A stretch of DNA of 64,000 nucleotides, taken from an uncultured Candidatus Rokubacteria bacterium. GTDB lineage: Bacteria; Methylomirabilota; Methylomirabilia; Rokubacteriales; CSP1-6. The position numbers were made by a program, and so were the translations under genes. Numbering within the stretch: the stretch's first letter is position 1; each line of letters starts with the position of its first letter. The notes below the pieces were generated by a model that saw only the letters and a program-made list of their open reading frames with translations, was not told the DNA's origin and did no database searches. The stretch covers positions 96,001 to 160,000 of the forward strand of contig CAWBMV010000015.1 of the NCBI GenBank assembly GCA_963789955.1, written 5' to 3'. Positions 52,452 to 61,817 of this stretch are shown piece by piece.

Positions 52452-53354
52452 ATGAAGAGCGCGCGAGTGTGGATTCTTTCGATGAGCCTTGCGGCGATCG
52501 TGATGACGCCGCTGCCGGGACAGGCCCAGACTCTCGGCGAGCCGATCGCTCTGTCCCTTGGCGACGGGGGAGCCGAGGTCCCCGCGCCGTTGGAGCGCTG
52601 GGAGTTCACCATCGGTGGCCGTGTCGGCGCTCCGGTCGGCCACCTTCAGGTCGGAGAGTTTCACGGCGGCCAGGGCACTGCCGGAGCCGCGCCGGGCACC
52701 CGCCTGAGCCTGAACACGCTCGGCATCCACGTCTCCGAGGCGGTCGAGGCCAGCGTCGCGTTTCATTTCACCGAGAACGACGCCGTGCGCTTCAGCGGCC
52801 TCTACTATTTCCTGCGCGGCGACAGCACGCCCACCCAGTCAGTGGTCTACAACGGCGAGGAGTTCAAACCCGGGCCCCTTCACACCAACGCGGACTTCGC
52901 GCGTCTCGATCTCGCCTATGAGCGCAGGTTGTGGCGCTCGCCCGCCGATGATCTCATCGGCAGCATCGGCCTCGCCTACGTCTATTTCAATCCGACACTG
53001 ACCGGCCACGGTCACAGCAACAGCGAGGATTTCTACCTCCAGGAGCTGCCGGTTCCGATCGCGGGACTGCGCTGGAGTCACGTGCTGGGCGATCACTGGC
53101 TGTTGCGGCTCGGCGCCTCGGGCGGCGGTCTGCCCAAGGTCGACAGCGGGCGCAAGGAGGGCGGGACCGTCTTTCTGCAGCAGGCCCAGGCGGACGCCGA
53201 CGCCGGACTCGTGTACCGCTGGCGCGGAGGGGCCGAGCTCGAGATCGGCTACCACTTCACGTACTTCTTCCAGCACGAGAAGAGCCAGGAGGACATCAAC
53301 GACTTCGAGCTCATCGACAACGGCCTGCGCGTGCGCTTCAGCATGAGATTCTAG
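52452..53354 (+). CDS. Outer-membrane beta-barrel protein
   Basis: Signal peptide, alternating amphipathic strands, C-terminal ...LRVRFSMRF beta-signal; AGGAGG SD. Confidence 0.75.
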   Translation: MKSARVWILSMSLAAIVMTPLPGQAQTLGEPIALSLGDGGAEVPAPLERWEFTIGGRVGAPVGHLQVGEFHGGQGTAGAAPGTRLSLNTLGIHVSEAVEASVAFHFTENDAVRFSGLYYFLRGDSTPTQSVVYNGEEFKPGPLHTNADFARLDLAYERRLWRSPADDLIGSIGLAYVYFNPTLTGHGHSNSEDFYLQELPVPIAGLRWSHVLGDHWLLRLGASGGGLPKVDSGRKEGGTVFLQQAQADADAGLVYRWRGGAELEIGYHFTYFFQHEKSQEDINDFELIDNGLRVRFSMRF

Positions 53355-53406
53355 TTCCCAAGATGTCGCATCGTGGAATAATTCGCCTGTAACGAAGGAG
53401 ACCCTC

Positions 53407-54394
53407 ATGAATGGAGAGCTCGGGCGCCGGGGTTTCGTCAAGACCGCACTGGCCGCGGCCGGGCTGCCGGTGGTCTCCACGCTCACGTCGGCCATCGCCC
53501 ATTCGAAGGACCTGGCAGGAGGACCCGCCATGAAGACCGCGTACGATCCCGCGGCAAAGTTCGATCTCAAGGTGACCGAGGTCGAGTTCCGGCGCGCCGT
53601 CAGCGGGCGAATGCTGATGGCGCGCGTCTACCAGCCGCAGGGCGTCGGTCCGTTCCCGACCGTTACTCGATCTGCACGGCGGCGCCTGGAACAACAAGGA
53701 CCGCAGCGCCAACGAGCCGATGGACCGCGCGGTGGCCGCCAGCGGCGTGCTCGTGGTCGCGGTCGACCTGACGCTCGCGCCGGAGGGCCCGTACCCCGCG
53801 TCCGTCCAGGACGGCAACTACGGCGTCCGCTGGCTCAAATCGAAGGCCGCCGAGTGGAACGGCGAGGCGGCGAATCTCGGCGTGCTCGGAAGCTCGAGCG
53901 GCGGGCACGTCGCCGAGCTCCTCGGCGTGCGTCCGCGCGACGCGCGCTACAACGCGATCCCGCTGTCGGGCGGCGCCAAGGTCGACGCGACGGTGGCGTA
54001 CGTCGCGACGCGCTCGCCGATCAGCGACACGGTCGCGCGCTATCAGCAAGCCGAGAAGATGAAGCGCGAGTCGATGATCAACAACAACAAGACGTACTTC
54101 CGGCCGTGGGAGACGATCGTCGAGAGCAATCCGCAGGGGATCCTCGACCGCCGCGAGGCGGTGACCTTGCCGCCGCTGCTGATCATGCAGGGCGCCCTCG
54201 ACGATAACGTGCTGCCGGCCGTCCAGGAGAAGTTCGCCGCGTCCTATCGCGCGGCCGGCGGCGAGTGCGAGCTGCACGTGTTCGAGGGATGCGAGCACGA
54301 GTGGGTCGCGAAGCCCGGACCGCAGACCGATCGCGCCCACGAGATGGTCAAGGCGTTCATCGCGCGGAATCTCGCGGCGCGGCGCGCGTCGTAG
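53407..54394 (+). CDS. Alpha/beta hydrolase (HSL-like) with Tat signal; frameshift near 53665
   Basis: GRRGFVKTALAA, LHGGAW (shifted frame), GSSSGGH, QGALDD and CEHEW. Confidence 0.88.
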
Positions 54395-54442
54395 GCGCTC
54401 GCGCGCGACCGAGGGGCTGGGCGCAAGGTCTACGATGAACCC

Positions 54443-55576
54443 GTGAGCCTCCCGTTCAGCTCGCCGATCGAGCCCATGCTGTCCAGCGCCGCCGACGGCC
54501 TGCCCGGCGGCGACGGCTGGCAGTTCGAGCCCAAGTGGGACGGCTTTCGCACGCTCGTGTTCCGCGACGGCGACGAGATCCTGCTGCAGAGCCGCGACGA
54601 GAAGCCGATGAACCGCTACTTCCCCGAGCTCGTCGCGCCGCTCGCCGCGCGCGCTGCCCGAGCGCTGCGTCGTCGACGGCGAGATCGTCATCGTCGGCGC
54701 CGGCGGGCTCGACTTCGAGGCGCTGCTCCTGCGCATCCATCCCGCCGCGTCGCGGGTGAAGCTGCTGGCCGCGCAGATCGCCGGCCTCGTTCGTCGCCTG
54801 GGACCTGCTCGCGCTCGGCGACGAGGACCTGCGCGAGCGTGCCGCTCGCCGAGCGGCGCGAGCGGCTCGAGCGGGTGCTCGCCGACGCCGCGCCGCCGGT
54901 GCACCTCTCGCCGGCCACGCGCGACCGCGCGCTCGCCGAGGACTGGTTCCACCGCTTCGAGGGCGCCGGGCTCGACGGCGTGATGGCCAAGCGTCTCGAC
55001 GAGCCGTACCGCGCCGGCGAGCGCACGATGATCAAGGTCAAGCACGCGCGCACCGCCGACTGCGTGGTCGCCGGCTTCCGCTGGCACAAGAACGGCGCCG
55101 GGCACGATGGTCGGCTCGCTGCTGCTCGGCCTCTACGACGACGAGGGCACGCTGCACCACGTCGGCGTCACCGCGGCGTTCACGCAACGCGGTGCGCAAG
55201 CAGCTCGTCGACCGAGCTGGCGCCGCTGCGCGAGAGCGCGCTCGAGGGCCATCCCTGGCGCGACTGGGCCGAGGCGCAGGACGGAGGCGAGCGCGACGGG
55301 GCAGCGCCTGCCCGGCGCGACGCAGCCGCTGGAATCGCGGCAAGGACCTGAGCTGGGAGCCGCTGCGGCCCGAGCGCGTCTGCGAGGTCGCGTACGACCA
55401 CATGCAGGGGACGCGCTTCCGCCACGCCGCGCAGTTCGTGCGCTGGCGCCCCGACAAGCGCGCCGCGCGACTGCCGCTACGACCAGCTCGAGGTCACGCC
55501 CGCCTACGAGCTGGAGCGCGTCTTCGGCGCGCGCGACGCCCGGCGCTCCGGATCGAAACCGCGCCAGGGATCGTAG
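54443..55576 (+). CDS. ligC: ATP-dependent DNA ligase (LigC-type); frameshifted
   Basis: EPKWDGFR, RYFPEL, VDGEIV, EGAGLDGVMAK, KVKHARTADCVV, GSLLLGLY and EVAYDHMQGTRFRH. Confidence 0.85.
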
Positions 55577-56864
55577 TCGGGATCGGGCGGCTCCTCGGCC
55601 GGGCGCTCGGCCTCGGGGACGTGGCGCAGGTTGACGCGGATGCGCGTCCACGTGGTCGAGCGGCCGCGCATCGAGTCGACGAGGACGTCGTCGACCTGCG
55701 AGCAGCGCCGCGGCCTCGGGATGTCGCGCCTTCCAGCGCTCGAGGCCGGCGAGCGCGTCCTCCTTGTGCTCCGCCTTCGCGACCGTGATGAGCGGCTGCG
55801 TCGACCGGCGGCGGCCGCTTCCAGCGCTCGGCGCGCTCGATGTCTCCGCGGCGCTCGCGCCCTTCCGCCGCGACGGCACGACGCGCGGCGGCTCGTCGTC
55901 GCTGCTTCTTGTAGTGCGGCGGCCACGGCGCGTCGCCGAGGCCGGCGGCTTCCTGCGCGGCGGACAGCTCGAGCAGCCGGTCGAGCGATCCCGCGGCCTC
56001 GTCGATGCCGGCCGACGCGTCGCCGCGCTCGGCGAAGCGCGCCGGCGCCGTGACCAGCGTGAACGCCGCCGGATCGCAGCCGGCGACCTCGTCCCACTCG
56101 AGCGGCATCGACACGCGCGCGTCCGGCGTCGGCCGCACCGACCAGGCCGACGCCACGGTGCGGTCCTTGGCGTTCTGGTTGTAGTCGAGGAAGACGCCGT
56201 GGCGCTCCTCCTTCCACCACTTGCTGGTCGCGAGCTCGGGCGCGCGCCGCTCCACCTCGCGCGCGAGCGCCAGCGCCGCGCGGCGCACCTGGTCGAAGCT
56301 CCAGCGCGCGCTCGATGCGCACGTTGACGTGCATGCCGCGCGAGCCCGACGTCTTCGGCCAGCCGCGCAGCCGTGCTCGTCGAGCACGTCGCGCACGACC
56401 AGCGCCACGCGCCGCACGTCGTCCCAGCTCACGCCCGGGCCCGGGTCGAGATCGACGCGCAGCTCGTCGGGATGCTCGAGGTCGTCGGCGCGCACCGGGT
56501 GCGGATTCAGGTCGATGCAGCCCGAGGTTGACGATCCACAGGAGCTGCGCGGCGTCGCGCACGACGATCTCGCGCGCCGTGCGGCCCGAGGGAAAGCTGC
56601 AGCTCCACGGTCTCGATCCACTCGGGGTGCTGCTCGGGCGCGCGCTTCTGGAAGAACGGCTCGCCCTCGGCGCCGTTCACGTAGCGCTTGAGCACGATCG
56701 GCCGGCCCGCGATGCCGCGCAGCGCGCCCTCGGCGACCGCGACGTAGTACTTCGCCAGGTCGAGCTTGGTGTGGCCGGCCTGCGGGAAAGAAGACCTTGT
56801 CCGGGTTGGTGATCGTCACCTCGCGCCCGGCGACTTCGAGCACGGTCTGGGACACTTTCGCCAC
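55504..56864 (-). CDS. Standalone AEP primase-polymerase (LigD-Pol/Prim-PolC-like); frameshifted
   Basis: ITNPDKVFFP, LKRYVNG, FFQKRAP, PDELRVDLDP, KTSGSRGMH, SKWWKEER and FLDYNQNAKDRTVASAWSVRP. Confidence 0.88.
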
Positions 56865-56961
56865 ACAGACAGTGTTGTCAATTCGCATCCGGCGCGCAAG
56901 GCGGTGAGAGACCGCCGGCCGGGGTCCGCCCCGGGATGCGCGCCGGCTTTTCTGGGCGTAG

Positions 56962-56988
56962 TGTCGATTTGAGATCTGCCCGTTCGAC
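56962..56988 (+). promoter_or_regulatory. Putative ECF-sigma promoter for the VOC gene
   Basis: TGTCGA...CGTTCGAC bipartite motif about 75 nt upstream of AAGGAG/ATG 57062. Confidence 0.45.
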
Positions 56989-57061
56989 TCTCTAACGAGA
57001 CACAGCTGGAAGCAGGACCCAGAGCCCAACACCACCGCACATATAGGAAGGAGTCACGACG

Positions 57062-57967
57062 ATGCCATCGACGACGCAAATCCAGCCGTATCTGTTCTTC
57101 GAAGGCCGCTGCCAGGAAGCCCTCGAGTTCTACCGTCGAGCGCTCGGCGCCGAGGTGACCGCGCTCATGCGCTACAAGGAAAGTCCTGATCCCGGGATGG
57201 TCCAGCCGGGCTCCGAGGACAAGGTGATGCACGCGAGCTTCCGGGTCGGCGAAACCACCGTGCTGGCTTCCGACGGCCGTTGCGGGGGGCACCCGACCTT
57301 CCAGGGCTTCGCGCTCTCGCTGACGGTGGCGAACGAATCCGAGGCCGACCGGCTCTTCGGCGCCCTGGTCGACGGCGGGCAGGTGATCATGCCGCTGACC
57401 ACCACGTTCTTTTCGCCGCGCTTCGGCATGACCACCGACCGCTTCGGCGTGAGCTGGATGGTCTACGTGACGCCTCAGGACGCTGCGAAAGGAGGCAAGG
57501 GCGAAGCGCTCGCCAAGCAGCTCGAGGCAAAGGCCGCCGAAGCCGTGGCGACCCTGGAGCGGCTCAGCGACGCGGACTGGAAGAAAGTGACGGAGGGTGA
57601 GAAATGGACGGTGGCCGCGACCGCGCACCACTACGCCAGCGTGCTCGAGCCGGTCTGCGGCATGATCGAGACGGTCGCGAGCGGCCGATCCCCCGAGCCC
57701 TTCAATGCTGCCATGATCGACGACATGAACGCCCGGCACGCACGCGACTACGCCGGGTGCACCAAGGCCGAGACGATCGAGCTGCTGCGCAAAGGCATGA
57801 CGGCCGCCACGGCGACCATCCGGCGCTTGAGCGACGCACAGCTCGCGAAGAGCGCGAAGGTCATGTCGACCATGCCGCCGATGAGCGTGGAGCAGCTCGT
57901 CACCGCGGCGTTGCTCGGTCACATGGACCAGCACTTCGGCAGCATTCGCAAGGCGGTCGGCCGATGA
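57062..57967 (+). CDS. VOC/PhnB-family domain fused to a DinB-like domain
   Basis: IQPYLFFEGRCQEALEFY, VMHAS and FGMTTDRFGVSWMV; then WTVAATAHH...LLGHMDQHFGSI. Confidence 0.85.
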   Translation: MPSTTQIQPYLFFEGRCQEALEFYRRALGAEVTALMRYKESPDPGMVQPGSEDKVMHASFRVGETTVLASDGRCGGHPTFQGFALSLTVANESEADRLFGALVDGGQVIMPLTTTFFSPRFGMTTDRFGVSWMVYVTPQDAAKGGKGEALAKQLEAKAAEAVATLERLSDADWKKVTEGEKWTVAATAHHYASVLEPVCGMIETVASGRSPEPFNAAMIDDMNARHARDYAGCTKAETIELLRKGMTAATATIRRLSDAQLAKSAKVMSTMPPMSVEQLVTAALLGHMDQHFGSIRKAVGR

Positions 57968-58074
57968 GGTGAGCCTCCGAACGCTTTTGGCCGTTGACAC
58001 GCTCCGACGTAGGCCCTAGTTTCGGTGCCGCCCAGTTGCGCCGTAGTGGACCGCGCTTGCGCCGGAGACGTGGA

Positions 58075-58852
58075 ATGAGAGCTCTCTTCATCGTGGCGTT
58101 CTTGATGACTTCGCTCCTGATGACGCGCGTCGGTCGACGCGCAGGAGGTGCTGACGAATCAGTCCGTCGTCGAGATGGTCAAGGCCGGACTGTCCGAGCG
58201 CGTCATCATCGCCAAGATCCGGAACAGCCCGACGAAGTTCGACACCCAGACGGACGCGCTGATCGCGCTCAAGAAGAACGGAGTGCCCGAGAAGGTCATC
58301 GAGGCGATCATGTCACCGTCGGCGCCGGCCGCTGCCGCCGCGCCGCCGGCGTCGAGTGCTCCGGCCGGGAGCGTGGCGATGGCGCCGCCGCCCGCCGCGG
58401 GCCCGGCGCGACCGACGGTCTATCAGATCGTCGGAGGCAAAGAGGTCGAGCTGGTGGCGGCCGGCACCGAGGTTCAGCGGAACAACGCGCGGTATTCTCG
58501 GTCGACCGAGGTCGTGATCGCGGGCAACAAGGCCAAGGTCCGCACGGCGGAGCGGCAGCCGGTGTTCGTGCTCACGACGCCACCCAGCGAGATGCCGCTC
58601 GTCAAGCTCGACCCCGGCAAAAATGATCGCAATCTGAAGGTCGGCAGCGGATCGCACGTGCCCTACGGCGGCTCGACGTCGACTCGGGGCATCCGCGGGG
58701 AAGACATGATCGAGGTCGACGCCGAGCGGGACAGTCGCGGCTTCTACCGGGTCAAGCCGCGGGCGCCGCTCGCGCCCGGCGAGTACGGGTTCGTCGCGAC
58801 GCGCGGCGGCAGTCCGATGGGCAGCAGCATCTACGACTTCGGCGTCGACTGA
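58075..58852 (+). CDS. Exported hypothetical protein; frameshift near 58130
   Basis: Signal peptide, LTNQSVVEMVKAGLSERVIIAKI...LKKNGVPEKVIEA domain, C-terminal PLAPGEYGF...IYDFGVD; TTGACA-17-TAGTTT promoter at 57994-58022. Confidence 0.75.
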
Positions 58853-58868
58853 GGCCGTGCGCGGCCGC

Positions 58869-59375
58869 TCACGCGAACGGACGCCCGTACCGCTCGAGAT
58901 GCGCGACGTCTCGGAGCGGCTTGCGCTGCTTCTTGCCCCGTCCCACCGCGCGCGCCGGATAGCCGAACGGTAGGATTGCGAGCACGTCGAGCCCGGCCGG
59001 GATCTCGAGCAGGCTCTTGACCTGCTCGAGCCCGCCGAAGCCCACCCAGTTCGATCCCACGCCGTCGCCCCAGGCGGTCAGCAGCATCGACTGGATCGCG
59101 CGGCTCGCGTCCGAGACCGCGAAGCGCGTCTTGTCAGTGGCGACGACGACCGCGAGGGGAGCCTGGGCGACGTACGAGCCGCTCGAGGCCAGCGCTCCGA
59201 GCCGCCGCAAGGTCTCACCCTCGCGAACCACGATGAAATGCCAGGGCTGTCGGTTCATCCCGCTGCCGGTGAGGCGGCCCGCCTCGACGATTCGGCGGAC
59301 GACCGCGTCGGGTATCGGCTTGTCCTGATAGCTGCGGACGGCCAGCAGGGTGCGGATGGCGTCGAAGACGTCCAT
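58869..59375 (-). CDS. Nitroreductase family protein
   Basis: AVRSYQDKPIP, GSGMNRQPWHFIVV, AWGDGVGSNWVG and LPFGYPA. Confidence 0.92.
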   Translation of the reverse strand: MDVFDAIRTLLAVRSYQDKPIPDAVVRRIVEAGRLTGSGMNRQPWHFIVVREGETLRRLGALASSGSYVAQAPLAVVVATDKTRFAVSDASRAIQSMLLTAWGDGVGSNWVGFGGLEQVKSLLEIPAGLDVLAILPFGYPARAVGRGKKQRKPLRDVAHLERYGRPFA

Positions 59376-59573
59376 CGCTCGGTCGGCGCCGCCTTCACGA
59401 TCGGCCATTTCGGTGACCTCCCACGGTGACCTTTTCCATCAGTCTGCGCCCAGTGTGCGCTCGAGCCAGGATTTCCCCATCCGGAAACTCGGCGATCCCC
59501 GTCCGCCAGACGAAGAAAACGCGCAGTATAATCGGGCGGCTGCCGAGACGCTCGGGATGCACGGAGGACGCGT

Positions 59574-60656
59574 ATGCACGTCGGTCTGGTCATGGAGTGC
59601 GACTACCGCGAGGGCAGGACGCAGGAAGAAGCGTTTGCGGAGGCGATGTCGATCGCCGAGATCGCGGAGACGCAAGGGCTCGACGGCGTCTGGCTGGCCG
59701 AGCGCCACTTCGCGATGCACCGCCGACCGACGGACCCGATGGGCGCCGGGATCCCGTCGATCGCCTCGGTGCCGCTGGTGCTCGGCGCGGCCATCGCCGC
59801 GCGCACGAGCCGCGTGCGGATCGGGACCGGCGTCAGCGTCCTTCCGCTCTGCCATCCGATCCGCACGGCCGAGGAAGCGGCCACCGTCGATCAGATCAGC
59901 AAGGGCCGTCTCGACTTCGGCGTCGGACGGAGCGGGTTTCCCCGCGCGTACTCGGGCTACGGCGTGCGCTACGACGAGAGCCGCGAGCGCTTCCAGGAAT
60001 CGCTCGACATGATTCTCAAGGCGTGGACCCAGGAAGGCTTCTCGCACGCCGGCAAGTACTTCTCGGCCGACAATCTGACCGTCGTCCCGCGGCCCTATCA
60101 GAAGCCGCACCCGCCGATCTGGGTGGCGGCGACGACCCCCGACACGTTCCCGATGGTCGGTCACATGGGCTTCTCGCTCGTCACCGGGCTCCGCGGCTTC
60201 GACGTGCCCGAGGCCGTCGGGCATCTCCGGGCCTATCGCACCGCGCGGCGCGAAGGCGGCCACGCCGGCGACGGCAACGTGTACCTGCGCATTCCCGTGT
60301 ACGTCGCGGCCACCGGCGCGCGGGCGCACGCGGAGGCGGAAGAGAGCACGATGCGCTCCTACCGCCGCCTCGCCGAGAACTTTGCCTCGTCGGTCGGGGC
60401 GACCGGCACGACGGGCTCCGAGGAGCGGGCGGAGCGCGCCGAGCGTCTGTCCAGCCTGACGTACGACGACGTGCTGCGCGACCGGGTCGCGTACGGCACC
60501 TCGGACATGGTCGTCGACCGGCTGCGTGAGCTGCGCGACCAGCTCGGCCTGGCCGGCGTCATCATCGAGTCGAACGTCGGCGGACGTATTCCGCTCGATC
60601 GCGTGCTCAACTCCATTCGTCTCTACGCGGAGGAAGTCGCTCCGCGCCTGCGCTGA
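59574..60656 (+). CDS. LLM-class (luciferase-like) flavin-dependent monooxygenase
   Basis: WLAERHF, HPIRTAEEAATVDQISKGRLDFGVGR and PRPYQKPHPPIW. Confidence 0.93.
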   Translation: MHVGLVMECDYREGRTQEEAFAEAMSIAEIAETQGLDGVWLAERHFAMHRRPTDPMGAGIPSIASVPLVLGAAIAARTSRVRIGTGVSVLPLCHPIRTAEEAATVDQISKGRLDFGVGRSGFPRAYSGYGVRYDESRERFQESLDMILKAWTQEGFSHAGKYFSADNLTVVPRPYQKPHPPIWVAATTPDTFPMVGHMGFSLVTGLRGFDVPEAVGHLRAYRTARREGGHAGDGNVYLRIPVYVAATGARAHAEAEESTMRSYRRLAENFASSVGATGTTGSEERAERAERLSSLTYDDVLRDRVAYGTSDMVVDRLRELRDQLGLAGVIIESNVGGRIPLDRVLNSIRLYAEEVAPRLR

Positions 60657-60692
60657 ACGCTCGGACCGGCGAAAGCCGTTGAGGAGAGCGCC

Positions 60693-61729
60693 ATGACGAC
60701 GAGTCGCAAATCCTACGTGTACGTCGGGCTGGCGGGCGAAACCGCTCCGGGTCGCCCCGTCAAATCTGGGCTCTATCGCATGGCCGCCGGCGACGATCAC
60801 TGGGAGCTCGCGACCCGCGGGCTGCCCGCCGCGCCCGCCATCCGCGCGATCGCCACGCACCCCGAGCATCCCGATACCGTCTACGTCGGAACGCAGGACG
60901 GTCCGTATCGGAGCGACGATCACGGTGATCACTGGGAGAAGCTCGACGTCCCGGATCACGGCCTGCCCGTCTGGTCGCTGGCGTTCGATCCGCGAAATTC
61001 ACAGGTCTGTACGCGGGGTACGAGAACTGTGAGATCTACCGGAGCGACGACGGCGGCCTGCGCTGGCGGCAGCTCCCGGTCACCGTGCGCTTCCCCGAGG
61101 TGACGGTGGCCGCCGGCTCCAACCCGGCCAAGCGCGTGCTCGAGCTCGCCGCGAATCCGGCGAATCCCGACGAGCTCTACGGCGCCATCGAAGTCGGCGG
61201 CGTCATCCGCAGCCTCGACGGCGGCGAGCACTGGGACAACATGAGCCACGGGCAGTACCTGAACGACGACACGGTGGACATGCACGGCGTGCTGGTCGGA
61301 CGCTGGCGCCCCGGCCAGGTGTTCGCGATCGGCCGCGCCGGCCTGTTCAGCAGCGCCGACCGCGGCGAGCACTGGGCCAGCGCGCGGCTCGAGGCGCTGA
61401 ATCCCAACGGCCAGACCTATTGCCGCGATATCCGCGAGGCTCCCGGCGATTCGAAGACCATCTGGGTGGCCGGGGGAGCGAATTTCCAGAGCGAAGTCGG
61501 CGCCCTGTTCCGCAGCAAGGACGGCGGTACCAGCTGGACGAAGGTCGACATGGGCGTGAAACCGAAGACCACGATGTTCACGCTCGCGTTCGACGCGCGC
61601 CAGCCCAAGCGCATGTACTGCGCGACCAGCGGCGGCGAGGTGTTCGGCAGCGAGGACGGCGGCCAGAACTGGGCGACGCGTCCATTGCCCGAGGGCGCTA
61701 CGCAGGTCTACGCCATGGGTTGCGCGTAG
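60693..61729 (+). CDS. BNR/Asp-box beta-propeller protein; frameshift near 61005
   Basis: Repeated S.DGG..W Asp-boxes (RSDDHGDHW, RSLDGGEHW, RSKDGGTSW, GSEDGGQNW). Confidence 0.85.
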
Positions 61730-61817
61730 GGTGCGACCCGGCGTGATCGGAAGCAGGTAGCAGCGACCCCGCCCAGGCGAGCGGACGCGCTCGCCGGACA
61801 CGATAGAATCCAGAGCC

